Assembly: GCA_965644315.1 (NCBI GenBank)
Contig: CBFFRQ010000043.1
Coordinates: 310,001-374,000, forward strand
Direction of reading: 5' to 3'
DNA: 64,000 bases
From: Caecitellus pseudoparvulus
Lineage: Eukaryota > Protista > Bigyra: Bicosoecida
Shown here: in pieces, positions 10,828 to 22,337 of the stretch
How positions within the stretch are numbered: the stretch's first letter is position 1
Layout of the letters: every line of letters begins with the position of its first letter
The notes under the pieces: generated by a model
What the model saw: the letters and a program-made list of their open reading frames with translations, nothing else
Databases searched by the model: none
What the model was told of the DNA's origin: nothing
Position numbers and translations under genes: made by a program

Positions 10828-13800
10828 CTACCTCTCCATCGCGTCGGTAGCTGGCAATCGTGAGTATTTCTGTGCCCCACGCAAACACAGCCCAGAGGGG
10901 CAGCAGAGCACCCCTCGGTTGGGGCCCTCCTCAAGTGGCGGAGTAAAAAAATTCAGTGCCAACGAGCTTGCCACAACGGACACTGAAGACATCGCCATGG
11001 CAAGAGCCGCTGTCTCAGGCGGCAGAACGGTATGGAGCAGTGGGACCAAAGCTCCACCTGCAATGGGCACAGCGAGGATATTGTACACCATGGAAAGCGA
11101 GAGGTTCCAGTAAATGCGCGTCAATGCGCTCCGAGCCAAAGCCACTGCTGTGACGACCCCTGCAATGTCGTCCGCCATGAGTACAACATCTGCCGCGTCC
11201 ACTGCAACGTTCGTGCCAGCCCCGACGGCAATGCCCACATCAGCCTCCACGAGAGCTGGAGCATCATTCACACCATCTCCAACCATCGCCACAGACGAAG
11301 CAGAGGATGCCCGTGTGGTTCGCTTGATAGCCATGATTGCGTCTGCCTTGCCTCCTGGCAGCACATTCGCACGCACATTTTCAAGAGGGATGCCCACAGT
11401 TGCCGCGACCCTCTCAGCCGCAAAGCTGTTGTCTCCCGTCAGCATCCAAACCCGCAAGCCCGCGGCACGAAGCCACTGCACGGCCCTCTGAGCACTGTCT
11501 CGAATGGCATCTTCCACAGCGAATCCGGCCACAATATGTCCATCCACCGCAACACCAGCTACAGTTTTCCCCTGCGATTCCCAGCCCTGCAACGTGGCCA
11601 ACAGCTGTGCACCGCAAACATTCTGCACTTGGGCCTCCACAAGCTCGGGAGCAAACTGCCCGTGCTCGCTTGCTTGGCCACTCAGGAGTCCCAGGTGTTC
11701 ACTCTCATCTTCTTCGGCATGAGCGAACCCAGCAAGTGAATGTCCCCCCAGAAGCCAGCGAAGCGACCCAACAGACACGCCCGTGCCGTCGAAAGTGCCA
11801 CGCACACCGCCACCTGGGACGAGCTGTGAGTTCTCACAGGGAGTTTGAGATGGACCCACCTTTGAGTTACAGAAGGACAAGATGGCCTGTGCAACGGGAT
11901 GAGAGCTGCCCATCTCCACACCCGACACCATCTGCAGAATAGCGTGGCGAGAGAGGCTCGACTTCTGTGCCACCTCGGCTCCCACGACAAACTCCGAAAC
12001 GTATGCTTTTCCTTCTGTGAGCGTGCCTGTCTTGTCCAGCACTATATCTGTCAGCCTGGCAGTTGCTTCCAGCGTATCTCCACCTTTCACCAATACACCA
12101 AGCTGAGCCCCTCGCCCAGTCGCCACCATAACAGCCGTCGGAGTTGCCAAGCCAAGCGCACAAGGGCATGCAACCACCACAACTGAGATGGCCATGATCA
12201 AGCTAATGACTCCTGGGCTCACATGTGCAGGCAAAGCTTCGGCGGGCACAGCTCCCGAGGATGTAAGAGCCAGCCATAGAACTGCTGTGCCCAACCCCAG
12301 CATGAGGATGACTGGAGCAAAGATTCCAGCAATCTTGTCTGATAAGGACTGAATGGGCGCCTTGCGATTCTGAGCAGCCTGAACGATGCTGACGATTTGA
12401 GACAAAGCAGACGCTTCCAGCGAGCTTCGGGCGCGGACGAGCAGGGCGTCGTCTCCATTCAGGGTGCCCCCAATCACAATGCTACCAGGGCACTTGAGCA
12501 CAGGAGCAGCCTCGCCAGTGATAGCAGCCTCGGTGACGCATGCTTCGCCAGCAAGGACGGTCGCATCAACTGGGAATGTCTGGCCTGCGCGCACAAGCAG
12601 AGTGTCCCCCTGGCACACTTGAGTGGGCGGCACATCTCGGAGAGCACAAGCGGGCACTGAAGCTGGATCTGTTTCGTGGAGGCTCAAGGCCTCAGTGACT
12701 AGGTGGGCCACAGGGGCCTGCAGTTGCAGCAACGCCTGGACAGCAGATGTGGTCCGGCTCTTGGCAACGGCTTCCAGGTACTTTCCCAGCAGTACGAAGC
12801 CAAACAAATTGACGGGGGTGCCGAAGAACAGCTGCAGCCACGTGGCATCATCACCAAAAGCGCCACAGCCTTGCGCAATGAGAGCCCCGAAAGAGTACAA
12901 AAAGGCGGACGTTGTTCCCGTCACCACCAGAGCGTCCATGCCAAGGTGGCAGCCAGCTCGTACGCCATTCCAAGCGGCAGCATAAAACCGCTGGCCAACC
13001 CAAAACTGTGCTGGAATGGCAAGACTTGCAGAGATGAGATGTTTACAGTGGATGCCATGAAGCCAAGGAATGCCGGCAGTGAGGGCCTCGTTCAGCGAAG
13101 CGGAAAGCGGCACCACATAGCCCAGGATAAACATGAGAACCATGAGAGCCACGCTTGCTTGAAGCAATCGAGCCCATTGCTTGACTTCCAACTCAGAGGA
13201 CTTGACCATGTTGTCAGCGGCCAACGCAGCTGAGCCTGTTTGGAGCGTGGCGGGGTACCCTGCCCCAGTGCACGCGTCTGTGAGCGCCCTTAAGCCGGGC
13301 AAGACACTTGGGTCATACTTCACATGAGCAGAGCCAGTGGCAACTGCAACAGACACATGCTGCACACCAGCCACTTGGCGCAGGACTTGCTCGACTTTGC
13401 CGCTGCACGCAGCGCAACTCATGCCCTCAACTTGCAGTGATGCCTCCCCGAGCTGATGCGCACTGCCCATATTCAGCCGCACATCACAGCTTTCATCCAA
13501 GGAGAGTGAGGCAGATGCAGAATCACACGAATAGCCAGCCGCTTGGATGCAGGCGGACACAGCGTTGGCTGCTAAACGTTCAGCTTCCTCAACCTGCGGG
13601 GCCTGCTCACTGCACAGGGCAACCTCTGCAGTCACAGAGTTTGCCAGCAATGACACTGTTGCATGGAGGATAGACAGCATACCAACAGGAAGCTGAACAT
13701 CGCCTTGCTCCAGCAAAGCACTCTCCACGCGAAGGACACACGCAGAGCAACTCATGCCAGACACACGCGCTCTTACAGTGCCAGACATAGAGATGGAGCC

Positions 13801-14649
13801 ACTCAGCGGCCTCTGCTGCAACGATCTCAAAAATCGCCGCGAAGCTCCAGCATTGGCTTGACCGGAAGCTGTCGCGGATTTGGACGGAGCTGGAGCGGTA
13901 GCTTTACCCTCTCCCGCCGCCACCACCTGTGCCCCGAAGCCCACACCCTCCACAGCATCCACCAACGCACTGTCAGGCACCCCTGCCTCCACATCCACAA
14001 GCACCTGGCGCAAGCCGTCGCCATCCACCTCCACGCCTGTCACGCCTGCCACCCCGCGCAATGCTGATGCCACAGTGGAGCCACAGTTCTTCATGCACAT
14101 CATGCCCTCCACATCCAGCTCCACGCGCCGACTGCTGGTTGCAGGGCCGGCTGCACCCGCCACCACCACCTGTGCCCCGAAGCCCACACCCTCCACAGCA
14201 TCCACCAACGCACTGTCAGGCACCCCTGCCTCCACATCTACAAGCACCTGGCGCAAGCCGTCGCCATCCACCTCCACGCCTGTCACGCCTGCCACCCCGC
14301 GCAATGCTGATGCCACAGTGGAGCCACAGTTCTTCATGCACATCATGCCCTCCACATCCAGCTCCACGCGCCGACTGCTGGTTGCAGGGCCGGCTGCACC
14401 CGCCACCACCACCTGTGCCCCGAAGCCCACACCCTCCACAGCATCCACCAACGCACTGTCAGGCACCCCTGCCTCCACATCCACAAGCACCTGGCGCAAG
14501 CCGTCGCCATCCACCTCCACGCCTGTCACGCCTGCCACCCCGCGCAATGCTGATGCCACAGTGGAGCCACAGTTCTTCATGCACATCATGCCCTCCACAT
14601 CCAGCTCCACGCGCCGGTGCGAGGGGAAAGGCAGCTTCTTTGCAGCCAT
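10828..14649 (-). CDS. Copper-transporting P1B-1 type ATPase (ATP7/HMA5-like) with five N-terminal HMA domains
   Basis: Motifs CPCALGL, DKTGTLT, TGEA, SSHP, GDGVNDAPAL, YN and MAMSS. HMA motifs GMMCMKNC x3, GMSCSAC and GMSCAAC. Likely start ATG at 14649 (MAAKKLP). Confidence 0.95.
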   Translation of the reverse strand: MAAKKLPFPSHRRVELDVEGMMCMKNCGSTVASALRGVAGVTGVEVDGDGLRQVLVDVEAGVPDSALVDAVEGVGFGAQVVVAGAAGPATSSRRVELDVEGMMCMKNCGSTVASALRGVAGVTGVEVDGDGLRQVLVDVEAGVPDSALVDAVEGVGFGAQVVVAGAAGPATSSRRVELDVEGMMCMKNCGSTVASALRGVAGVTGVEVDGDGLRQVLVDVEAGVPDSALVDAVEGVGFGAQVVAAGEGKATAPAPSKSATASGQANAGASRRFLRSLQQRPLSGSISMSGTVRARVSGMSCSACVLRVESALLEQGDVQLPVGMLSILHATVSLLANSVTAEVALCSEQAPQVEEAERLAANAVSACIQAAGYSCDSASASLSLDESCDVRLNMGSAHQLGEASLQVEGMSCAACSGKVEQVLRQVAGVQHVSVAVATGSAHVKYDPSVLPGLRALTDACTGAGYPATLQTGSAALAADNMVKSSELEVKQWARLLQASVALMVLMFILGYVVPLSASLNEALTAGIPWLHGIHCKHLISASLAIPAQFWVGQRFYAAAWNGVRAGCHLGMDALVVTGTTSAFLYSFGALIAQGCGAFGDDATWLQLFFGTPVNLFGFVLLGKYLEAVAKSRTTSAVQALLQLQAPVAHLVTEALSLHETDPASVPACALRDVPPTQVCQGDTLLVRAGQTFPVDATVLAGEACVTEAAITGEAAPVLKCPGSIVIGGTLNGDDALLVRARSSLEASALSQIVSIVQAAQNRKAPIQSLSDKIAGIFAPVILMLGLGTAVLWLALTSSGAVPAEALPAHVSPGVISLIMAISVVVVACPCALGLATPTAVMVATGRGAQLGVLVKGGDTLEATARLTDIVLDKTGTLTEGKAYVSEFVVGAEVAQKSSLSRHAILQMVSGVEMGSSHPVAQAILSFCNSKVGPSQTPCENSQLVPGGGVRGTFDGTGVSVGSLRWLLGGHSLAGFAHAEEDESEHLGLLSGQASEHGQFAPELVEAQVQNVCGAQLLATLQGWESQGKTVAGVAVDGHIVAGFAVEDAIRDSAQRAVQWLRAAGLRVWMLTGDNSFAAERVAATVGIPLENVRANVLPGGKADAIMAIKRTTRASSASSVAMVGDGVNDAPALVEADVGIAVGAGTNVAVDAADVVLMADDIAGVVTAVALARSALTRIYWNLSLSMVYNILAVPIAGGALVPLLHTVLPPETAALAMAMSSVSVVASSLALNFFTPPLEEGPNRGVLCCPSGLCLRGAQKYSRLPATDAMER
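13921..14616 (-). repeat. Intragenic tandem repeat, 243-bp unit (81 aa HMA module), ~2.9 copies
   Basis: caccacctgtgccccgaagc recurs at 13921, 14164 and 14407. The copies look identical except for a synonymous change at 14239. Confidence 0.97.
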
Positions 14650-14872
14650 GAGAACTTGTACTTTACAATGGGTGGGGCACAGCTTCAGCAGCGATGTACC
14701 GCCATGCAACGCTGAAGGGAATGGTCGGCGACGAAACGCAAGCGCGGAAATTGACTGTGTCGAGCTGCTGCCCCAGTACAAGACAAGTAACTTGCATGAG
14801 AAGCGCAGAGATTGAGCTCACTGTTTGAGTTGTTTTGAATTGGTTGGAGGCCCTGCCGCTGAGTTGCACGAA

Positions 14873-16521
14873 ATGGACAAACGCGTGAAGGACGTAGCTG
14901 GACACATCGTCCGGGCGTTCTCAAAAGTGATAGTTTCCTTCTCGGACCCATCTGCACATAGATGTGCATGCTCTCCCGTGCGCTGCGACGCTTTCCCGGA
15001 AGGTGTGCTTGAAGCAGACGTTAGCGTTGCGTCAGCGTTTCGTCGCGGCCCCTTCAGCATGAAGCACTCTGAGAGCAAGAGGGTGACAGGCATGGAAGAT
15101 GCAGAACGTCTGATTGAGAAATCCAAAGAGCTATCAGTGGAACTTGCGGGTGAGACAGGTCTTGCTCGGTCGCTGACAGAGCAGCGATGCACAACGACTT
15201 GCTCACTGCAGAGGCGAAGGCCAGCATGCTCGACCCACCTCGAGGGGGCCCTGGCGACCTGCATAAGCACACGAGAAGGAAATCAACCGCCGTGACTGTT
15301 GTTGCAGCATGCACGACCCCTGTCGCGCGCGGAGGAGCAGCATCTAGCGTCGCTGACTCCCTGTTGCGACGCCACGCTGAAGCTGAAGCTCGTTTACAAG
15401 AGAAGCGCGACGAGCAGCACAGGGCTGAAATGAGGCAGGTAAAAGCAAAACCCAGCATCAACGCAAAGTCTCGTGCTTTGGCCCAGCGAAGGGGGGGGGG
15501 CGCACACATCGCTGAGCGTGGAGCCGCTGCGTTGGCTGCGAAGCAAGACAAGGCAGCGCGGATGCGCGAGGCCTTGGCCCAGCGGGAAGAAGCTGAGCTG
15601 CAAGATGCGCCCCGGATCAACCCCACAAGCAGGCGTTTGGCAAAGAAAACTGGGGGTGTGAACCGCATGCTCGCATGGCAGGAGGCGCGAGATGCCAAGT
15701 TGGCGGCCAAGCGAAGGCAAGCCGAGGTCCAGGCAGCCGCCGCCTTAAAACCTACCGTCACCGTCAGTCGACAGAGTAAACGAATCCTCGCCATGCGGGG
15801 CGCGAAAGACCAGGCAACTGATGCAGCTTCACGTCTGTATGCACTTGGGGTGAAGAAGCAGCAAGAGCGAGCAGACTCGCCTGAGCGTAAAGTTGCAAGG
15901 GGACCACGTTCACGGTCTGCAGCCAAGGAAAGGACCTCTTCCGCACCCCGAGGGGCGATAGAGCGACAGCAACACACAAGCAGAGTGCTTTCAGCGCCAC
16001 GTCCGCGGCGTGGTGTCTCCAGATCGTCCTCCCCAGACAGTCGCCTGCCTCGACGGCAGTCGGGTCAAGCTGCTGGGATCCGGGCGCGCCTGTTCCCTGG
16101 AAGGTCAGCATCTGCACCTCGAGGGCGTGCTGCCAGCAAAGCTGATAGCTCAGTGGGAGGTGCCAAGCAGACTGACCCTCGTGCGGCAATCGCTGGCGCC
16201 AGGCCGTATACCTTCGGAGGCGGCTCACGTCGTGCATCCGCACCTGCTCAAGAGACCGAGCTACCATCGCGTGAGGAAAAAGCACCTTCAAGTGCGCCTG
16301 CACATGGGGTTGCTCTCACGGGAGGGTGGTTTCAGTACGTTGACAAGACTACTGGGCAGCCGTACTTTTTCCACCAGGCCAGCAACACCGTAACTTGGAC
16401 GCGGCCCAGCCCATCGTCAGCGATGTCTCCAGCAGCGGCAGACTCTGTCTGGGTGAAGGAAGCTGGTGGCCAGTTTGCCTCGAGGTTTGCACAAGTGGCA
16501 GCATCCCTGGCTCAGGCGTGA
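14873..16521 (+). CDS. Basic coiled-coil/low-complexity protein with C-terminal WW domain
   Basis: WW domain LTGGWFQYVDKTTGQPYFFHQASNTVTWTRP. The upstream frame MDKRVKDVAGHIVRAFSK...ELA joins via a GT-AG intron at 15150-15211. The 5' exon structure is tentative. Confidence 0.7.
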
Positions 16522-16979
16522 CCAAGTCAGCTCTGCGGCAGCCCCTGCCTTGCTCAGATTCAGGCTGCACGATGTCAATAATCTTGAAGGAAGACCTCTT
16601 CAGCTTTTGTTGAGAGTACCCTGCTTTCGTCTCTGTGCACGAAACCCCTCATGCTCTCGGGAGGGGATCGCTCGCAAACTTCCCGGACCGACAAACGCCG
16701 AGCAGGGTGGGTATGCAACAATTCACAGCTGTTGTGCTGCACAGCAAGGCCATTTGACCTTGGAAGCCCACCTCGTAGGCCCAACTTTGCTCAAGGCCCG
16801 GCAAGCGAGTTGGTGTCGGTTCCACACGGTTGGCTGCCTTCAATCGCCACGCAAGGCAGCCAAGTGGCACAGATCACGCGGCAAAGTTTAGTGAAGAATC
16901 GCTACTTTGTTGAATCCATCCATCTTTCCTGTCCTATCGCCCTCTGTTGACGAATTGAGTGCCCCACGAGCACTTCAAG

Positions 16980-19616
16980 ATGCCAATCAATTTCCGCAAA
17001 GCGAGCGGTTCTCAACAATCCTTGACGGAAGATGTGAACAGAGAAGCACGGAGCCGAAGGCGGCGGTTTCATGCTGAAGAACAAGAATGGCAAGGCATTG
17101 CATACGCCTGCTTGATGGTGGTTGCTCTGCTCTTGCTCGCACTTTGTCTTCTGGTGCAAGCGGTGCAGCCAGTTTCCGAGGATAGCCCAGCTTCGTCACC
17201 CAGGGGCTCAGTGCTGCGCAGTGGCATCGATCAGAGGGCTGCAAGCCAAGACAGGGACTTCGATCCGGTACTGCTGCCAACTCCTGCGGCGCAGCTCCCT
17301 GACAGTGGCAGTAGATCACCGATCCCACAAGCACCTGAAAGCGAAGGGGATGAACCTGTCAGCCAAGCTCAAGACCCATGGCAGTCACCCCAAGACCAAT
17401 GGGAAGCTAACAAGCTGAAAGGAAAGGCAGAGCACAACATAAGACACGCCTCTCCTGCTCACCATGGAGGGGTGAGGCAACCTGGCTTGCTGCCGGCAAG
17501 TGGGGAACTGACCATGCCTGACTGGGTGGCAGCCAATAGTGAGGGGGCCCACACCGTTTTCCCTCCTCAAATTGTAGACCAGCTAAAAGAAGCCGGGCAA
17601 GAATTCTTTCCGAACGCCAGTAGCATGGAGGAGGTGTTTTCAGGTGCAGTTGTGGCGCAGCTCCCGAAGCCTCAGGGGTGGCACTTGCAGACCCTGGCAT
17701 GGTCTTCGCAGCGCCGTGCGGCGCAAGAGGCAGCCTCCCGAGCAATGGTCGTGCCTTCTGCCCCAAGAATCATGAGAAGTGCATGGTCTGCAGAAGCTGA
17801 GATGTTCACGTTTGCAAACGCCGCCTTGCGGCCTCCGCTTCGGCAACTGGTTGAGACTGAGACACTTGACGTGGTGGAGCTCAAGGCTGCCTGCTTGGCC
17901 CATCCGACATGCCAAGGGGTGTCCCCAGGGAGAGGTCTCTTTACAGGAGTTTCCGCTCAGGTTGCCCCCAGCTCCAACTCCCGAGCTCCGGCGACAAAGC
18001 AAACTCTGGACCTCCTTACGTTGGCTCCGGTTTCAGCTGAGCAAAGGCTGATTTCCGCGAACGTGGATCCCTCCTCGCCACTGCACGGCTTTGCTAAGCT
18101 TGGAAGCAGCAGCCTTGCTCAGGACTGCCCGAGGCTCCCTCGCACTTCTGTTGCACGAGGGAGGATGCCACTGGAAGGTATGGCGGAAGCGTGCCTGCAC
18201 AACCCCGACTGCATCGCATTCTCAACAGAAGCTTTGTTCGGACTGTGCTCTTCATCAACACATATAAGGGATAGGCTGATGGAGGGGGGGCTCCAGGGTG
18301 CTTCTGAAACGACGCGCAGTATTGCTCAAACCCTCGCTGCTTTGGAGGGTATCGATTACCGAGCAAGCTCTGAACTCTTTCTGAAACTGCCCAACGCCAC
18401 AGCTGCCCTATCGTTGCTAGAGACGGCCCTAATGGACTTCGCACTAGACGCAAGAGCCATTTTTTCCGATTTGGCGAAGGCTGCTAAACGCACCCCTGGC
18501 CCGCATGCGACATCAACAGACGCGTGGACCGACACGACGTTCTTCGCTCTTCCTCCAGACCGCCACTGTGGCAGCACTGCATCAACGACAGTTGAAGGCT
18601 TCAAGAAGGCATGTGACCGACGTGGGAAACTTCTGGAACTTTCCGCTGGTCTTGTTCATCCTGTCTTACAAGCTGTGCGCGACCTCTCTGCTGTGTCCAT
18701 GATGCACGGCATGCAGGTTGCTTACGTCACGAGCACGGTGCTAAGTGCAGCCGCAGAAACAAATGCGTGCCTTGATTCAAGCCTCCATGTGTACGTGGGT
18801 GACGTGAGCCATCTGAATAACGGGCAGGATACCATTCCTGTGAACCGTGCCATACACTTCCTTGGCATGCTGTTCGACGAGGAATGGGCCATGGCCCACG
18901 CGACCCTTGCCTGGCGTCCGCTGGGTTGCTTGACTTTTCTGCCAGCTTGGGGCCTCCCTCGACTGCACGAAAGCCATCCTCCTCCATTTGGCTGGGGGGC
19001 ACCGTATCTCTCGCCTGGCCAGCTTGAGGCTCGAGCGAAGGACAAAAAGCTAGCCGCAAAGACCCCAAAACGCGGGCTTGTTCAGCAAGATCTAGACATT
19101 GCCTCCATTGCTATGGTAGCTGCAGCATCATCACCTAAGGCAGGCTTGTTAATGTGGGAAGACGATTGCGTAGTGTGCCCTGGAACTCTCCGCCACTTGA
19201 GCACTGCCGAGGCGGCTTTGGAGGCCTCTGGTCGAATGGCTGGTGCTTTGAAAGTTGGGAATGGCGGAAGCGGGATTCAGTATTCCCCTCGCTTGACTTG
19301 GCCCCTGATTGCGTATCTGGTCTCCCACAGAGGAGCCCTGAACGTGGACGTGCTCATGTGGAGAGCCCTGATGGTTGCCGAGGAGGAGGACTACCTGTCC
19401 GTGTACACATTCTCTGCCCATCGAGGGCGGCGATCATCGCTGAAACAAACCTACGGCAACGTTGCATCCTGGGGAAGAGTTAAGTGTGGAAATGAGCTTG
19501 ACTTTTACTGGGGCGAGTATGCCGAGTGCAGTCCGCCTGGCCTTGCCGGCTCGTGGCGCTGTGGGGACTTCACCCCAGAAGGCAAGCAGGAGGCGGCTCT
19601 GCGAGAGCAAGGGTGA
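16980..19616 (+). CDS. Type II membrane glycosyltransferase, GT54/MGAT4-like C-terminal domain
   Basis: N-terminal TM helix (IAYACLMVVALLLLALCLLV) and long stem. C-terminal QQDLD...LMWEDD...NVDVLM...FSAHRGRRSSL resembles MGAT4 KQNLD...QLEDD...PIDWLL...LFQHVGTHSSL (recalled similarity). Confidence 0.6.
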   Translation: MPINFRKASGSQQSLTEDVNREARSRRRRFHAEEQEWQGIAYACLMVVALLLLALCLLVQAVQPVSEDSPASSPRGSVLRSGIDQRAASQDRDFDPVLLPTPAAQLPDSGSRSPIPQAPESEGDEPVSQAQDPWQSPQDQWEANKLKGKAEHNIRHASPAHHGGVRQPGLLPASGELTMPDWVAANSEGAHTVFPPQIVDQLKEAGQEFFPNASSMEEVFSGAVVAQLPKPQGWHLQTLAWSSQRRAAQEAASRAMVVPSAPRIMRSAWSAEAEMFTFANAALRPPLRQLVETETLDVVELKAACLAHPTCQGVSPGRGLFTGVSAQVAPSSNSRAPATKQTLDLLTLAPVSAEQRLISANVDPSSPLHGFAKLGSSSLAQDCPRLPRTSVARGRMPLEGMAEACLHNPDCIAFSTEALFGLCSSSTHIRDRLMEGGLQGASETTRSIAQTLAALEGIDYRASSELFLKLPNATAALSLLETALMDFALDARAIFSDLAKAAKRTPGPHATSTDAWTDTTFFALPPDRHCGSTASTTVEGFKKACDRRGKLLELSAGLVHPVLQAVRDLSAVSMMHGMQVAYVTSTVLSAAAETNACLDSSLHVYVGDVSHLNNGQDTIPVNRAIHFLGMLFDEEWAMAHATLAWRPLGCLTFLPAWGLPRLHESHPPPFGWGAPYLSPGQLEARAKDKKLAAKTPKRGLVQQDLDIASIAMVAAASSPKAGLLMWEDDCVVCPGTLRHLSTAEAALEASGRMAGALKVGNGGSGIQYSPRLTWPLIAYLVSHRGALNVDVLMWRALMVAEEEDYLSVYTFSAHRGRRSSLKQTYGNVASWGRVKCGNELDFYWGEYAECSPPGLAGSWRCGDFTPEGKQEAALREQG

Positions 19617-19643
19617 CAGTTTGGCACCGAAGTGCATTGCGCT

Positions 19644-21214
19644 TTACAAGATGAGGCCAGGACTGGGGACAGGCTCTGTTTGCTGTTTGACACCCTGTTC
19701 AGTAGTGGCCAAACTTGCAAATAGGCGTGCATGATACCCCTTCACTTCCCGCTGAAGCTCCCGCATGTGGTCTAGAAGTGCTGTCATTTCGCCTTCATGC
19801 TGCGCTTGCGCGGTGTCGAGCTTTGAGGTGAGGGCAGCTTTGGCGCCGTCCCCCTCCTTTCGCTTGCGCTCTGCAGCGTCACCTTCTGCCATGATCTCCC
19901 CGTACTCCGCTTGGAGTGCGCCTTTGCCTTTAGTGGAGGCAGCCATTTTCATGTCATGGCTTGCCCTAAAGTCTGCCAGCTTGTCGCCCAACCGCTTCAC
20001 CTGCGCGTCGAGATGTCCTCGCTCAGCTTCCTGCTCTGCTCTCTCCCCTGCGGCAAGGTCCACCTTTCGCTGGCAGGCAGACACCTGCCCAGCGACCTCG
20101 GAAGCTTTGTGAAGCTCATCTTCTAGCTCTGTCAGGGCAGTCATCATACCCGAAACCTCCGATTGAGCTGCTGCTGCAATGGCCACCCGCCCCCGCACCT
20201 CACGCTTCTTCCGCTCAGCGTCGGCGAGGGCAGCCTTCTCGGCTGCCACCCGATCTTCTTGTGCGGCCACCTCAGCCTTGACGCGCGAAGGGGACGACAC
20301 TAAGCCAGTTCGCGCTTCTTCAACTTCCTCCTGAAGGGAAAGGACGCTGAACTCAACACCCGCAATGTCATCCTTCACCTTGCCAATCACTTCTTTCACG
20401 CCGTTCGTGGCCGCACGAATCTTGGCTTGAGTCTGGTTCAGCGTCGTGATCTCCGCTTCCCTCTCTTCGCAGGCAGCCTCCAGCTCTCGGACCTGGGGTT
20501 GCTGGCTTGCCGCAGCTGCTTCCAACTTCGCGATCTCTGCCTCCAGCGCTGCGCGCTCTTCGTCCAGGGCCGCCTTCTTGGCTGCGAGTTGCTCCTGCGG
20601 CAAAAGTGAGGGGCAGCAGGGTTTGCAAGCTTGCTTGCGTCGCCGAACCCGAACAACGTACGCCCCGCTCAGTGAACTGCACGAAGAGAGCCAGCCGCTC
20701 CTCACGAAACTTGTGGAAGTTGATGATGGCTGACAGGTTGCGCCGAACCCGGCGGAAGTCGGGCTTGCTGAGATCCTTCAGTGTGAAACCACTGGAAATG
20801 CCGCATGCTTTGAGCAGCTTGTCCCTGCAAAGAGCGCAAGCCCAGGGTGGAATGCTTGCAAACGCCAGTCGAGCGCCACGAAACGCACATGCTTCTGAAA
20901 AAGTGCAGCACAGGAACGCTGTCATCATGCAACTCTGCATGGCGAAGAGCATCAAGTCCAGAAAACTTTGGCTGGTAAAGTTCCTCCTTGGTCATGTCCA
21001 GGCAATCGCAGAGCAGCAGCTCGTAAATGTGCCGCAGCTGCGCCGGGCGCGCCTTGGCCAAGTCTGCCTCATCGAGCTGAACGTTCAGCTCCGCGAGACA
21101 CTGGATAATCTCGTCATTCTTCAGCAGCGGGAAAGAGTACTTCTCTGCCTTGCGATGGTGGATCGTGCCACCCATGCTCTTCCGCCCACCATGGAAAGAG
21201 GAGTCTGCCGCCAT
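19644..21214 (-). CDS. NUF2: Kinetochore protein NUF2 (NDC80 complex)
   Basis: YSFPLLKNDEIIQCL, FTLKDLSKPDFRRVRRNLSAIINFHKFREE and VSSPSRVK, followed by a long coiled coil. Introns at 20825-20888 and 20595-20661. Confidence 0.92.
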
Positions 21215-21494
21215 AGCCGTAACGGCAGCGAAACGACAGACGACGCACAGACTGGCAACAGTGGCAACGGAGACGCCAGATCGAGTACAAGCAAGCACTT
21301 GCATTCAACTGAGTCGATGGGGTTGTCGGCGTTTGTTCCATGCGTTTATTTGCCAGATAAACATGCGTGCGGGGACGAAGCACCGGGAGCTACCAAACAC
21401 CAAACACTGGCTGTTCAAGCGACGCAGCCTGGAGGTTCAAGGCATGCAAATGCATGGTGCAAGTGGCATGTGTGCATTTCAACCAGCAGAGCCT

Positions 21495-22337
21495 TCACTG
21501 GGAAATCTTCAGGGTGTTCTTGATCTCCTTGTAGCGCCGATACTCTGCAGCAACAGGAGCAATGTCGCGATGGTACTTCACTTTTCGCCCGTGCTCTGAC
21601 ATGAAGCGATCTTCATAATCTCGAAGGCGAACTTGAAGCCTCCGCTTCTCGCGCTTGAGGCCCCGCAGAGTGCTCGGTGAAACAGAGTCAGCCAGCATGG
21701 ATGCCGCCGCAGGGTCTTCATCCCCCCCACCCTCACTGCGACTCGACCACCCCTCGATGGCTTTCTTCAGATCATGGTACCGCTGATACAGGTTCCTGAT
21801 TGGTTCCTTGTCTGCCTTGGTCGGCTGTGCATCAGCAGGGAGGTGATGATCGCACTGCGGCTTTACCTGGCCATGCCTTCCTTACCTTCCGTCCATACTT
21901 GGCTTCAAACGCTGCATCATACTGCCGCAATCGGCGCTTCAAAGAACTCTGGTTTGCAGGCACTCGAGAGTGTGTGAAAACGAGGATTGCTGCCTTGGCG
22001 ACACAAGGCAAACTCAGCAACAGCACGCACCTTCTCTGCTTGAAGCTGTTGCAGCGACATGCTGCTCAGCGCAAGCTGGCTGCTCTCGCCCGCAGATTCC
22101 TTACTCTCAGCACTAGAACCAGAAGCTTTCCAGCCATGGCTCAGCACGTGCGGAGCAGTGAGCTTCCTATGCAATCACAAACAATGCCTGTTGAAACGCC
22201 AGCATAACGCCACGCCAGTGCGCCCGCCGCCGCGCCGCTTACGTGAAGGGGACATCTCGTCGAAAGATTCCTGCAACACTCTCCCGAACGAGAGACTCAA
22301 CGGCAGAAGCAGTGCTTGAAACGTCGACTGTTGCCAT
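21495..22337 (-). CDS. Small FAM13-like protein (two FAM13 C-terminal-type repeats)
   Basis: Spliced translation (three GT-AG introns): ...LQAEKSSLKRRLRQYDAAFEAKYGRKPTKADKEPIRNLYQRYHDLKK...LKREKRRLQVRLRDYEDRFMSEHGRKVKYHRDIAPVAAEYRRYKEIK. Confidence 0.75.

Noticed and set aside
13921-14616. CRISPR-like or satellite array
   Set aside because: In-frame coding repeat with no spacers.
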